From positions 1 to 52,236 of the forward strand of contig CAUZJQ010000001.1 of NCBI GenBank assembly GCA_963580095.1: 52,236 nt of DNA, in the 5' to 3' direction. The stretch comes from Lentisphaeria bacterium (GTDB lineage: Bacteria; Verrucomicrobiota; Lentisphaeria; JABSQK01; CAJWLW01). Of the stretch, positions 36,389 to 45,802 are shown in pieces. The position numbers and the translations under genes were made by a program. Below the pieces are notes generated by a model. It was not told where the DNA came from, did not search any database, and saw only the letters and a list, made by a program, of their open reading frames with translations. Within the stretch, counting starts at the first letter, position 1. Each line of letters starts with the position of its first letter.

Positions 36389-38011
36389 TCATGCGTTGGC
36401 ATTTTCTTTTCGTCCGTATGTCTTGAGCCGTTTTCTCTCGGACTCGAAATCCTCGAGATTCCCCGGATAGTCGATGATCCCATCCGCCGTGATCTCGATG
36501 ATGCGTGTCGCCAGACTGCGGATAAACTCTCGATCGTGACTCACGAATATAACCGTATGTTCTACCAATGTCAGGGCGTAGTTCAATGCTTCAATAGCCT
36601 CCAGGTCCAGGTGATTGGTAGGCTCGTCGAGTACCAGCACATTGCCCATCTCGATCATCATGCCGGCAATCACCAGACGCGACTTTTCCCCGCCGCTCAG
36701 GACCTTGACCGGTTTGTTCACGTCGTCGCCGCTGAACAGCATCTTCCCCATGAACGAGCGCAACTCCGCCTCCGTCATGGCGCTCTCTGCGCAACGCTGC
36801 AGCCATTCGATGGCCGGTAGATCAACATTCCGGAGACCGCTGCTATCCTGGGGAAAATAACTGACCTCGACAGTGTCACCGAAACGCACCTGCCCATTGT
36901 CCGGCTCCAAGTCGCCGATCAGTATACGCAACAGTGTCGTCTTGCCAATACCGTTGTTGCCGATGATGGCAATCTTTTCGGCGTTGCGAATTTCCATACT
37001 GAAGCCATCGAACAACGACACATCATAGGCCTTGGTGATATTCTCGACCTCGACCACGCGGTCGCCAAGACGGCGTGCAGCGTTGAGCCGGATATACGGT
37101 GACATTCGCGAACTCGGCCTGATCTCCTCGAGCTCGATACGCTTCAGTTCGTTCTTGCGTGACGTCGCCTGACGCGCTTTACTGGCATTCGCACTGAAGC
37201 GGTTGACGAATTCCTTGAGCTCGGAAATACGTTTCTCCTTCTTCTGATTTTCCCGCTGGACACGCTGCAATGCCTTCTCGTTGGCGATCATGAAATCATC
37301 GTAGTTCCCCGTAAAAAATCGCATCTCCTGATAGTCGAGATCAGCGATGTGGGTACATACGGAATTGAGAAAATGACGGTCATGAGAAATTACGATCACC
37401 GTGCCGTCATAGCGGGACAACAAATTGACCAAGCCTTCGCGGCTGGTCATGTCGAGGTGATTGGTAGGCTCGTCGAGCAACAGGATATCCGGCTTGCCGA
37501 ACAGCGCCTGAGCCAGCAGGACCCGCAATTTAAATCCACCGGTCAACGCCGCCAGAGTTTGCGTAAAAAAAGACTCTTCGATGCCGAGACTGCTCAAGAA
37601 TTTCGCAGCGTCCGCTTCCATGGTGTAACCGCCCAGATCAGCGAACTCCTCTTCAATACTCCCGGCACGCTCTTCCTCTTCATCCGTCAGCGTAGTCTTG
37701 GAATACAGTTCCTCACGCTCGCGGTGGCAAAGCCAAAGTTCGGGCTTACCCATGTAAACGATGTCAAAGATTACCTGATCCTCGTACTGGTAATGGTCTT
37801 GCTTGAGATACCCCAGTGAGCATCCCGCATCGACCATCACTTCGCCCGTTGTCGGCTGCAGTTCACCAGTCAGCACCTTCATAAAAGTCGACTTGCCGGA
37901 ACCGTTGGCGCCGATAAGGCCGTAGCGGTATTCCGGACGAAACTTTACAGACACATTTTGAAACAGCGTGTCCTGTCCGAAGCGCATGGATACATTTCGT
38001 GTTGCGATCAT
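36389..38011 (-). CDS. ybiT: ABC-F family ATPase (YbiT-like, translation-associated)
   Basis: Two cassettes and no TM domain. Cassette 1 has [24 protein letters not shown] and [11 protein letters not shown]. Cassette 2 has [18 protein letters not shown] and [11 protein letters not shown]. The N-terminus is collinear with E. coli YbiT ([40 protein letters not shown]). Confidence 0.9.
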   Translation of the reverse strand: [540 protein letters not shown]

Positions 38012-38583
38012 AAGGCGTCGTAAGTTTAGAAGTTAGAAAAAATGAGTGTCAAAACTACTGGATCTTTGCCAATTCGCAACTTCCGCGGCAACTTTTCACG
38101 CCCGGGCAACTGTCAGACCCCGCCAGCCAGACACGGCAATGCAGAGAATCAGGCGGATCAAATGCCCCGGATAACAACCACGCTCTGTGTCATCGCCGAC
38201 CTCAGATTCCCGACAATATTCCTGACGCTATGGCAGTCACTTCGAGAATGTCGACGCCACGGTCGTTGCCCATGGCTTTCATTCAAAAAAGGCCGTGACG
38301 GCAGCACGCACCATAGCCGCTCACCTTGAGCAACTCTGGAAGATACCTGACTTCCAAGCCCATTACTTCGGAGCAGGCCTCTAATGAGGCGCCGAAAGGC
38401 AAAAGGATGCGGGGTTTGACCGGATACCTACTGCTTCAAATCAGGACTGATTCCGTCCACTTCAAAAGCCCGCGACGGCGACTATAGTATCCATTCTTCC
38501 GGCGAAAGCCACGATCCCTAACACCGTCCCGGACCCGCAAAACTGTCGCGACTGCCTGGCCCACACGAATACGAGGAATTTCC

Positions 38584-40836
38584 ATGTCGAACCCCGGTTC
38601 CATACAGCAACAGAAGAACGAGGCTCTCATCGCCGCGTCCCACTACATGCGCGAAAGCGTCACCTCGGAAGTGCTGCCGCTAAACATAGACATCAGCTCA
38701 TCAACCTTGGACGACAGCCAGGCGAATGCGCTGCAGGCAATCGAGATCGAGGCGGCGCACACCGCCATCAAGAGCCTCGCCTCACTGGCTACTATCGGAG
38801 AACTCGACCACCTTGGCGGCGGCCTCGATCTCATTCCGGCGCTCGCACTCACTGCCGCACTCACCGACTACGAGAAGGTCGAGTTCACGATCGAGCACGC
38901 CCACACCTCGATCGGGTACTATTCTGTCCTGGCAGCCTACGGGTTCCTCGATACCGATCTGGTTATCAACGGCTTCCGGCGCGGCCTCGACATTGCCGGC
39001 CACGTCTCCTGGGTGCCCGGCGGCACACAACTCAACGGCGGACGACTCGGCGTCATGGTGCCGGTCGCTGTCGGGCAGGCACTCGGCAAGCGAGCCAAGC
39101 ACGGCGACGGCGCCTGGGTCATCACGCACTGCGGTGATGCCGGCTGGATTTCCGGGCAGGCACTGAACGGCTTCAACTGTGCCGACCTGCACGATGCGCC
39201 AATTACCTTTGTGATGCATCGCAACGGCATCCAGCTCTCCGGCACCAATAGCCAGGTCATGGACAAGGACCCTCGTCCAATCATCGCGTCGCAAGGCGTC
39301 ACCATCATCGAACTCGATTCTTTCGACGACACCCACGCGCTGTACAAGGCGTATCACGACGCCTGGAACCTCGCACAGCAGGGCCGGCCGTCGCTGATCT
39401 ACCCGACCGGCTGCAAATCGACGGGCACCGAAAAAGTCGACCTTAATGAACTCGGCCGACGTTACAACATCGCTGCCGAAACTGCGGAGTTCGCAGCGAA
39501 GAACGGCGTGGCGATGGAGACGGAAATCTGGATTCCCGGTGCACTGATGAGTTATCGCGACGTGTACCCGATGCTCGAGTGTGTTTTTCATGTCAACGAC
39601 CTGCCTGGCGGTGAAGGCCATCACGACGGACACATGAAAGGCCGCGACGAGGCGGAGGTCCTGGCCAACCCGATGATGCAGATGACGCCGGCGCAGCAGG
39701 AGGCGATTGCGGCACTGCGAAGCCAGCCGCAACACACCGTCGTCACGAAGGCACGCCCGCAGCCCGGCAGCCCCAACCTTGTCTTGTCCGCCGAATCGTT
39801 GGCTGCAGTCGAACTGCCGCCGGCCGGCGATGTCACCAGCGCCCGGGCCGGCATCGAAGCCGGCTACGCGGCGGTCGCCAAGTCGTTTCCAGAACAGACC
39901 TTCGTTGTCAGTTGCGACCTGAACCCGTCAACCAAGCTCGCCAAGGCAGTCGACGCCATCCCAGCCAACCACGCGTACGAAGTCAGTATTGAGGAGCAGG
40001 TTGCTACGCTCCTGGCAAACGGCCTGGCGATGAGCGGCAACGAGCCGCAACTGAACATCATCTCGACGTTCTCAGCCTTCTTCGACGGCCTCGCACGGGA
40101 AGGCTTCGAGATGTGGCGGTACCAGCGCAACCTGACCGGTGCCAACGAAGGGTTGAACGTGACCTTCCACTTGTCGCATGTCGGTGCCTGCACGGGTCGC
40201 GACCACTTTTCCGGCTGGAGCCTCGACTGGGTAAGCACCGCCCTCACCTATCTGCCGTACATCCACCGCTTCTACACACCAGCCGATGCGCGCGCCGCCT
40301 TCCTCGCAGTTCGCGACCTGGCCGCTCACTACGGGGCGCACGTGGTCGGTGTACCGCGCGACAACCTGCCCGTGCTCGAAAAACAGGACGGCAGCGGCGC
40401 CTTATGGGAAGCTGACAGTGAGTGGGAGGCCGTGACCTGCTACCGCAACTACGACGGTGCCAGCAAAGCGATTCTCGCCCTCGGCGCGCCCGCGTCTGTC
40501 GCCGCGGAAGCTGCCGAAACGGTCAAAGGAACCGAAGACGCAGCCGACGTGTATGTCGTCAACGGGCTGCCGCTGCCCGCCAATGAGCTCGTCGATCTCT
40601 TCAAGCAGTACCATGACGGCATCGTTACTATCGAGGATAACCTGATCGGCTGCCGTGCCAGCGGTATTCGCGGATTCGCATCGATCGTCTCGGCCGCCGC
40701 CTACGACGCAAACGCCCGCGCCGAGCACGTCGGCATCACCGACCCGCGCATCGCCCCCTCGGGTGGGCACTACGAGATTTGGGAACACTTCGGCATTACC
40801 AAGGACGCGGTCGTAGCGGCGCTGCAACGGCTGTGA
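38584..40836 (+). CDS. Transketolase-superfamily thiamine-diphosphate enzyme, long single-chain divergent form (750 aa)
   Basis: The TPP motif is retained as GDA-x27-N (HCGDAGWISGQALNGFNCADLHDAPITFVMHRNG). The pyrimidine-binding domain Glu motif is SIEEQVATLLANGLAMSG, and a C-terminal domain is present. The canonical N-terminal GH.G motif is replaced by DHLGGGLD, and there is an extra N-terminal region of about 70 aa. Confidence 0.65.
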   Translation: MSNPGSIQQQKNEALIAASHYMRESVTSEVLPLNIDISSSTLDDSQANALQAIEIEAAHTAIKSLASLATIGELDHLGGGLDLIPALALTAALTDYEKVEFTIEHAHTSIGYYSVLAAYGFLDTDLVINGFRRGLDIAGHVSWVPGGTQLNGGRLGVMVPVAVGQALGKRAKHGDGAWVITHCGDAGWISGQALNGFNCADLHDAPITFVMHRNGIQLSGTNSQVMDKDPRPIIASQGVTIIELDSFDDTHALYKAYHDAWNLAQQGRPSLIYPTGCKSTGTEKVDLNELGRRYNIAAETAEFAAKNGVAMETEIWIPGALMSYRDVYPMLECVFHVNDLPGGEGHHDGHMKGRDEAEVLANPMMQMTPAQQEAIAALRSQPQHTVVTKARPQPGSPNLVLSAESLAAVELPPAGDVTSARAGIEAGYAAVAKSFPEQTFVVSCDLNPSTKLAKAVDAIPANHAYEVSIEEQVATLLANGLAMSGNEPQLNIISTFSAFFDGLAREGFEMWRYQRNLTGANEGLNVTFHLSHVGACTGRDHFSGWSLDWVSTALTYLPYIHRFYTPADARAAFLAVRDLAAHYGAHVVGVPRDNLPVLEKQDGSGALWEADSEWEAVTCYRNYDGASKAILALGAPASVAAEAAETVKGTEDAADVYVVNGLPLPANELVDLFKQYHDGIVTIEDNLIGCRASGIRGFASIVSAAAYDANARAEHVGITDPRIAPSGGHYEIWEHFGITKDAVVAALQRL

Positions 40837-40843
40837 CCAGGTG

Positions 40844-41863
40844 TCAGTCGAGGCTGACCACCGTCTTGGTCACTCGACTCGCGGGATCGAGCCAGGACTC
40901 AAACTGCCCGATCATGTCGTCGAAGGACGAACGGTGACTGATCCACGGTGTCGTGTCGATCTTGTCGGCTTCGATCATCCCGACAATCTGTGCGAATTCC
41001 TCCGCCCTTGAGTTGCGCGAAGCAAACACCGTCAACTCCTTGCGATGGAGCTCCGGATCATTGATCGCAACGTCATCGAGCACCAAGCTGACAAAAACAA
41101 TGCGTCCACCCGCCCCGCAATAACCGACACAGGCGCCCATTGACGGCGCATGCCCGGTAGCATCGAACACGCAGGTCGCCAGGCCACCGTCGGTCAGCTC
41201 TTCGAGCTGCTTGATCGGCTCCGTCTTTGCATCGATCGTCTCGGACACACCAAGACTATCCCGGCAGAACCCCAGACGATGATCGCTGATGTCCATCGCA
41301 AGGACCCGCGCACCCGTCGCCTGGGCAAACTGTATCGTACTCATACCGATCGGTCCGACACCGACGACCAGTACCGTGTCATCCGCTGTTACGCTGCCGC
41401 GGGTCACCGCGTGACAACCGATGCCGAGTGTCTCCACCAACGCCATCTGCTCCACCGACAGCTTGGTTGATGGGAAGAGCAGTCGCGCCGGCATTAACAC
41501 CTCTTCACGCATACAACCGTCGGTCTGCACGCCCAAGACCTTCAGCGTCGTGCAGCAGTTTTCACGGTTAGCCCGGCAGGTGACACACTCGCCGCAGGCG
41601 AGGTATGGCCACACCGCACAATCGTCCCCCGGCTTGACGTGTTCAACTCCGTCACCGGTCTCGACCACCGTAACGCCGAGTTCGTGCCCGAGAATACGTG
41701 GATAGGAAAAAAAAGGCTGACGCCCGCGAAAGGCGTGCATGTCCGTCCCGCAGATACCGATGCGGCGCACGCGAACTTTGACTTCAGCCGGTCCCGGCGC
41801 ATCGGGAAACGGCATGTTCGTCATCCGAAAATGCCCAGGTTCTTCCAATACGATCGCTTTCAT
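40844..41863 (-). CDS. Zinc-dependent medium-chain alcohol/polyol dehydrogenase
   Basis: Catalytic Zn motif GHELGVTVVETG, structural Zn cluster CGECVTCRANRENCC and Rossmann VVGVGPIG. GGAGAG SD. Confidence 0.85.
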   Translation of the reverse strand: MKAIVLEEPGHFRMTNMPFPDAPGPAEVKVRVRRIGICGTDMHAFRGRQPFFSYPRILGHELGVTVVETGDGVEHVKPGDDCAVWPYLACGECVTCRANRENCCTTLKVLGVQTDGCMREEVLMPARLLFPSTKLSVEQMALVETLGIGCHAVTRGSVTADDTVLVVGVGPIGMSTIQFAQATGARVLAMDISDHRLGFCRDSLGVSETIDAKTEPIKQLEELTDGGLATCVFDATGHAPSMGACVGYCGAGGRIVFVSLVLDDVAINDPELHRKELTVFASRNSRAEEFAQIVGMIEADKIDTTPWISHRSSFDDMIGQFESWLDPASRVTKTVVSLD

Positions 41864-41911
41864 AGAGTCTCTCCATTGGAGCGAGCATCACTATAGAGGT
41901 GAAAATCCCAA

Positions 41912-43168
41912 GTGCAACGACAGCATATGGCGCGAAAGCTGTCGCGACAGGCTACCTTACCCGCCATGCGAACCCGCGACGACAACCAAATCGAAATCAG
42001 CGGGCCGGGGTGGCGTGCCGTGCACGCCCGCCGCACCGTGAATGGCCCCCAGTCTCTGACCGTCAACGACACGGAGATATTGCGGGACTGCGTCTGTTGC
42101 GTTGGCGGCCTCGCCGACCGGGCGGCCGTGATCGACAGCATTCGCGACAACCGAAATTCAAACGCCGACGTCGTGATTGTCAACGGGACTCTGCCGTTCG
42201 GCAACGAGATCGAGTTTCTCCACACCTACCGGTACGGGGACGGCTTCGCCCGTATCATCACCGACCTCACCTTCCGTCGGGGTTCAACAGCGGCGCCGTC
42301 AGTCGATATCGGTTCGCTGACTTTGCCGGGGCCATGGAAGAGTTACCGGATCGCAACGGACGTTGACAATGAACTGAGGCTCTCGGACTGGCGCACGATC
42401 GAAGACGTGACCTGGAATCAACCGCCGCTCGCAGTGATTCTCGAGCACCAATCCGGTGTCCAGCTCGAGATCGGCACCGGCAACGATCTCTGGCGCTGGC
42501 AAAAAGGACTACTTACCCCCCAGACAAACACCGGCTGCTACGCTCTGAAAACATCCGGCGACGACCTGGAGTTCTCGCGCTCCGTCACTATCTGCAGCGC
42601 GGACACCGTGCCAAAACCACGAGTCTACAGATTTTCCTGGTATCTGGCCTGGCAAGGCTTGACGACAACGACAGACCTGCCCACAGAAACTGTCGAGCCG
42701 GTTTTCTCTGATGACGGATCGCTCGATGCTGCGGCGACTGGCGCCCAACTCACATCAGGTACGTACCTGGCACTCGATCTGGCGGCGGTCACCTGGCCGC
42801 CAACTCTGTGTCGAGCCCGGGACGGCCGAAAATCGACCCGCCCGTGCCTCGCCAGCAGTGCAGTGATGACACGGCTGCGCCGGATCGTGCGACAGCTTGC
42901 CGGGCTCGAGCAACAGGAATTCGCATTAGTGTTTCGTAATCTGCAGCCCGGACTGTGCGATGTCGGGCGGCATGTAGACCAAAAGAAATCGACTGCGCAC
43001 TGGGACATGTCCGATCTGCTTGCATTCAGTCTGTGGGCGCGTGGTTGCCTGGGGCCCGAACGCCGGATCCTGGTCGACTGTGCAGGCTTCGACTGTCCGT
43101 CGATGAACCGGCTTTTCGCGTGCCTGCCGCAGGAGAACGAATTTTTTGACGCGTGGGACGATGAATGA
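41912..43168 (+). CDS. Hypothetical protein (about 400-418 aa), no recognisable family
   Basis: A long ORF with protein-like composition and only short competing ORFs. The start is uncertain: GTG 41912, ATG 41927 or ATG 41966. With 41912, only 48 nt would separate it from the divergent ADH start. Confidence 0.5.
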   Translation: MQRQHMARKLSRQATLPAMRTRDDNQIEISGPGWRAVHARRTVNGPQSLTVNDTEILRDCVCCVGGLADRAAVIDSIRDNRNSNADVVIVNGTLPFGNEIEFLHTYRYGDGFARIITDLTFRRGSTAAPSVDIGSLTLPGPWKSYRIATDVDNELRLSDWRTIEDVTWNQPPLAVILEHQSGVQLEIGTGNDLWRWQKGLLTPQTNTGCYALKTSGDDLEFSRSVTICSADTVPKPRVYRFSWYLAWQGLTTTTDLPTETVEPVFSDDGSLDAAATGAQLTSGTYLALDLAAVTWPPTLCRARDGRKSTRPCLASSAVMTRLRRIVRQLAGLEQQEFALVFRNLQPGLCDVGRHVDQKKSTAHWDMSDLLAFSLWARGCLGPERRILVDCAGFDCPSMNRLFACLPQENEFFDAWDDE

Positions 43169-43275
43169 CCCGTGTTTCTTCAACATTCCCGATGTGACCA
43201 GGATCAGGCGACACTGATCTTGTCATACAAGGCCGTTCGCACGATATTATAGCAGACCTAACTTAGTCCCCACAG

Positions 43276-43554
43276 ATGCCTACAAGGACGATCAACAAAG
43301 CCTTTATCATGCCCAATAAACTTGGCATGCACCTGCGTGCCGCGGTCTTGTTCGCCAATACCGCAAGCCGGTTTAAGGCCGAGATCGAGGTGAGCAAGGA
43401 CGACGAGGTGTCTGACGGGAAGAGCAATCTCGGTCTCATGATGCTCGCCGCCATGGAGGGCGACACGATCCGTGTCCGCATCAAGGGCGAAGACGCACCC
43501 GCCGCCATGAACGCTATCGCGAATCTTTTCGACCGTACTTTCGATGAGGAATGA
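43276..43554 (+). CDS. HPr-family phosphocarrier protein, NPr (PtsO)-like paralog
   Basis: 92 aa. NKLGMHLRAA corresponds to the active-site His region NKLGMHARPA of E. coli NPr, and the C-terminus NLFDRTFDEE corresponds to ALFNSGFDED. The GKS at DGKSNLGLMML aligns with the Ser46 region of HPr. Confidence 0.8.
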   Translation: MPTRTINKAFIMPNKLGMHLRAAVLFANTASRFKAEIEVSKDDEVSDGKSNLGLMMLAAMEGDTIRVRIKGEDAPAAMNAIANLFDRTFDEE

Positions 43555-44114
43555 CCATGCCAGGATTGAGTGACCCGCAGGCAGACACCTCGGAACTACG
43601 CATTGAACTTTTGGCCGATCGACGCTGGATCGTGGTACGCACGATGGCCAGATGCGAGAAGAAATTTGCTAAGTACTGCGACAATCTCGACATCAGGAAT
43701 TACCTGCCTTTACGCCGCAGTGTCAAGCGGTACACACGCAAGGTTGCAACACATCTGGTACCGATTTTTCCCGGGTACGTATTTGTCCAGATCGAGCCGG
43801 GCTTGAAGCCGGAGTTGCTGGAGTCGAAACTGGCGGCGCACGTGATTCTCACCGACGACCTCTCCGAGCCCGGCCTGGTGGAGAATCTCAAGGATATCCG
43901 GATCATCGAGAAGGCAACTCTGGACGAAGCGATTTTCGTGCGTCCGGAGATTGTCGTCGGCCGCACGATCATGGTGCGCACAGGACCGTTGACCGGACTC
44001 ACCGGCATCGTCAGGAAACTCAAGACGAAGACGCGCATCACCGTAAACGTCGACATGGTCGGGCAATCTGTCAGCCTCGACATCAACGCCAATGAAGTCG
44101 AACTCGAATTCTGA
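43551..44114 (+). CDS. NusG-family specialised paralog (NGN domain plus KOW), RfaH/LoaP/UpxY-like
   Basis: NGN: WIVVRTMARCEKKFAKYC...LVPIFPGYVFVQ. KOW: GRTIMVRTGPLTGLTGIVRKL. The ATG overlaps the HPr stop (ATGA at 43551-43554). An alternative ATG at 43557 has GAGGA 6 nt upstream. Confidence 0.8.
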   Translation: MTMPGLSDPQADTSELRIELLADRRWIVVRTMARCEKKFAKYCDNLDIRNYLPLRRSVKRYTRKVATHLVPIFPGYVFVQIEPGLKPELLESKLAAHVILTDDLSEPGLVENLKDIRIIEKATLDEAIFVRPEIVVGRTIMVRTGPLTGLTGIVRKLKTKTRITVNVDMVGQSVSLDINANEVELEF

Positions 44115-44128
44115 AGGAACTCCCCACG

Positions 44129-45802
44129 GTGTTTACTGAACAACAACGTCTGAATAGCGATTACCTGATCATCGGCAGCGGTTGTGCCGGTCTCAGCGCT
44201 GCACTCAAGGCTGCCAAGCTCGGCTCCGTTCTGGTGATCACCAAGAAGGCCGCGGCTGACTGCAATTCGAGCTGGGCCCAGGGTGGCATTGCCTGCGTCA
44301 TGGACAGCGACGACAGCATGGAGTCGCACGTCCAGGACACCCTCAAGGCCGGTGCCTACCTGTGTAAAGAGGACGTCGTGCGGCGCATCGTCGGCGCTGC
44401 GCCGGCGCGTATCGAGGAACTCATTGAACTCGGCGTCAATTTTACGCGGCGTCGGGACATAAGCGAGGACGGCAGCGACGCCATGGCCTTTGACCTCGGT
44501 GCCGAGGGCGGGCACTCGCACCGGCGGATTCTTCACGCCGGTGACATCAGCGGCCAGGAGATCATGCGGGCACTGATCGACGCCTGCCAAGCGCACGACA
44601 ATATCACGCTGCTGGAGAACTGTCAGGCTGTCGACCTGATCTCATCGCGACGTCTCGAATCGGACGGCCCGAACCGTTGTCTGGGCGCTTTCGTACTCGA
44701 GCGGCAGACCAAGACCGTGCACACCATTCTCAGCCGCTTCACCATCTTGGCAACCGGCGGTGCCGGCAAGGCTTACCTCTACACCAGCAACCCCGACGTA
44801 GCCTGCGGTGAAGGTATTGCAATGGCATATCGTGCCTATTGCGAAATCGCCAACATGGAGTTCTATCAGTTTCATCCAACCTGCCTGTACCACCCCATGG
44901 CCGGCTCCTATTTGATCAGCGAAGCGGTACGTGGTGAAGGTGGTGTGCTCAAGATCAAACGCGGCAATGACTATGTCGAATTCATGGACAGCTATGACCG
45001 CCAGGGCAGCCTGGCACCGCGCGACATCGTTGCCCGTGCCATCGATCGCGAACTCAAAAAGAGTGGCCAGCCCTGCGTCTACCTCGATATCCGGCAGCAT
45101 TCCGAGGCGTTCCTACGCAAGCGTTTCCCGAATATCTTTGCAACGTGCGAGCAGTTCGGCTGTAACATGGCCACCGATCCAATCCCCGTCGTGCCGGCCG
45201 CGCACTATTGCTGCGGCGGCGTACGTACCGACATCAACGGTGTCACCTGTGTCGAGAACCTGTACGCCATCGGCGAAGTCGCCTGCACCGGGTTGCACGG
45301 CGCCAATCGTCTGGCCAGCAACAGCCTGCTCGAGGCCATCGTGATGGCGCACAATGCCGTCGAACACACCCGCGAAATTTTTCACGACACCGACAGTCGG
45401 CATATCGAAAACGGTCTACGGCCCGTACCCGACTGGAGCAAGGGCGACGCCACCGACCCCGACGAACTGATTGTCATCTACCACAACTGGGATGAAATCC
45501 GCCGGTTCATGTGGGATTACGTCGGTATCTTCCGCACCACCAAACGGCTGCAACGCGCCAAAACGCGCATCCGCAACATCCGCAAGGAGATTGAGCACTT
45601 CTACTGGGACTTCCTAATCTCAGCCGACCTTATCGAACTGCGCAACATGGCATCAGTCGCCGAAATGATTATCGACAGTGCCCTCGCCCGGCAGGAGAGT
45701 ATCGGCTTGCACTACAATGCCGATTACCCCATCGCCGACGGTAATCTAAGCGAGAAAGAAACCATCCTGCACCGACCTGGGTTCCACCCGGAACTGTGCT
45801 GA
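44129..45802 (+). CDS. nadB: L-aspartate oxidase
   Basis: DYLIIGSGCAGLSAAL (FAD GxGxxG), SSWAQGGIA, QFHPT, HYCCGGVRTD and GLHGANRLASNSLLE. At 557 aa the length and order match NadB. GTG start with AAGGAA upstream. Confidence 0.9.
   Translation: MFTEQQRLNSDYLIIGSGCAGLSAALKAAKLGSVLVITKKAAADCNSSWAQGGIACVMDSDDSMESHVQDTLKAGAYLCKEDVVRRIVGAAPARIEELIELGVNFTRRRDISEDGSDAMAFDLGAEGGHSHRRILHAGDISGQEIMRALIDACQAHDNITLLENCQAVDLISSRRLESDGPNRCLGAFVLERQTKTVHTILSRFTILATGGAGKAYLYTSNPDVACGEGIAMAYRAYCEIANMEFYQFHPTCLYHPMAGSYLISEAVRGEGGVLKIKRGNDYVEFMDSYDRQGSLAPRDIVARAIDRELKKSGQPCVYLDIRQHSEAFLRKRFPNIFATCEQFGCNMATDPIPVVPAAHYCCGGVRTDINGVTCVENLYAIGEVACTGLHGANRLASNSLLEAIVMAHNAVEHTREIFHDTDSRHIENGLRPVPDWSKGDATDPDELIVIYHNWDEIRRFMWDYVGIFRTTKRLQRAKTRIRNIRKEIEHFYWDFLISADLIELRNMASVAEMIIDSALARQESIGLHYNADYPIADGNLSEKETILHRPGFHPELC

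Noticed and set aside
38023-38052. Sigma-70-like promoter for ybiT on the minus strand (TTGACA-N18-TAAACT).
   Set aside because: It would place the transcription start only about 5 nt from the ATG at 38011. That start is supported by collinearity with E. coli YbiT, so the geometry implies an implausible near-leaderless mRNA. Probably a chance match.
38340-38583. TPP riboswitch upstream of the thiamine-diphosphate (transketolase-like) enzyme, and a c-di-GMP-type element around GAAAGGCAAAAGG.
   Set aside because: The conserved TPP cores (CUGAGA and the ACCUGAUCUGGAUAAUGCCAGCG-like segment) are absent. The GEMM-like resemblance is limited to one short A-rich stretch.
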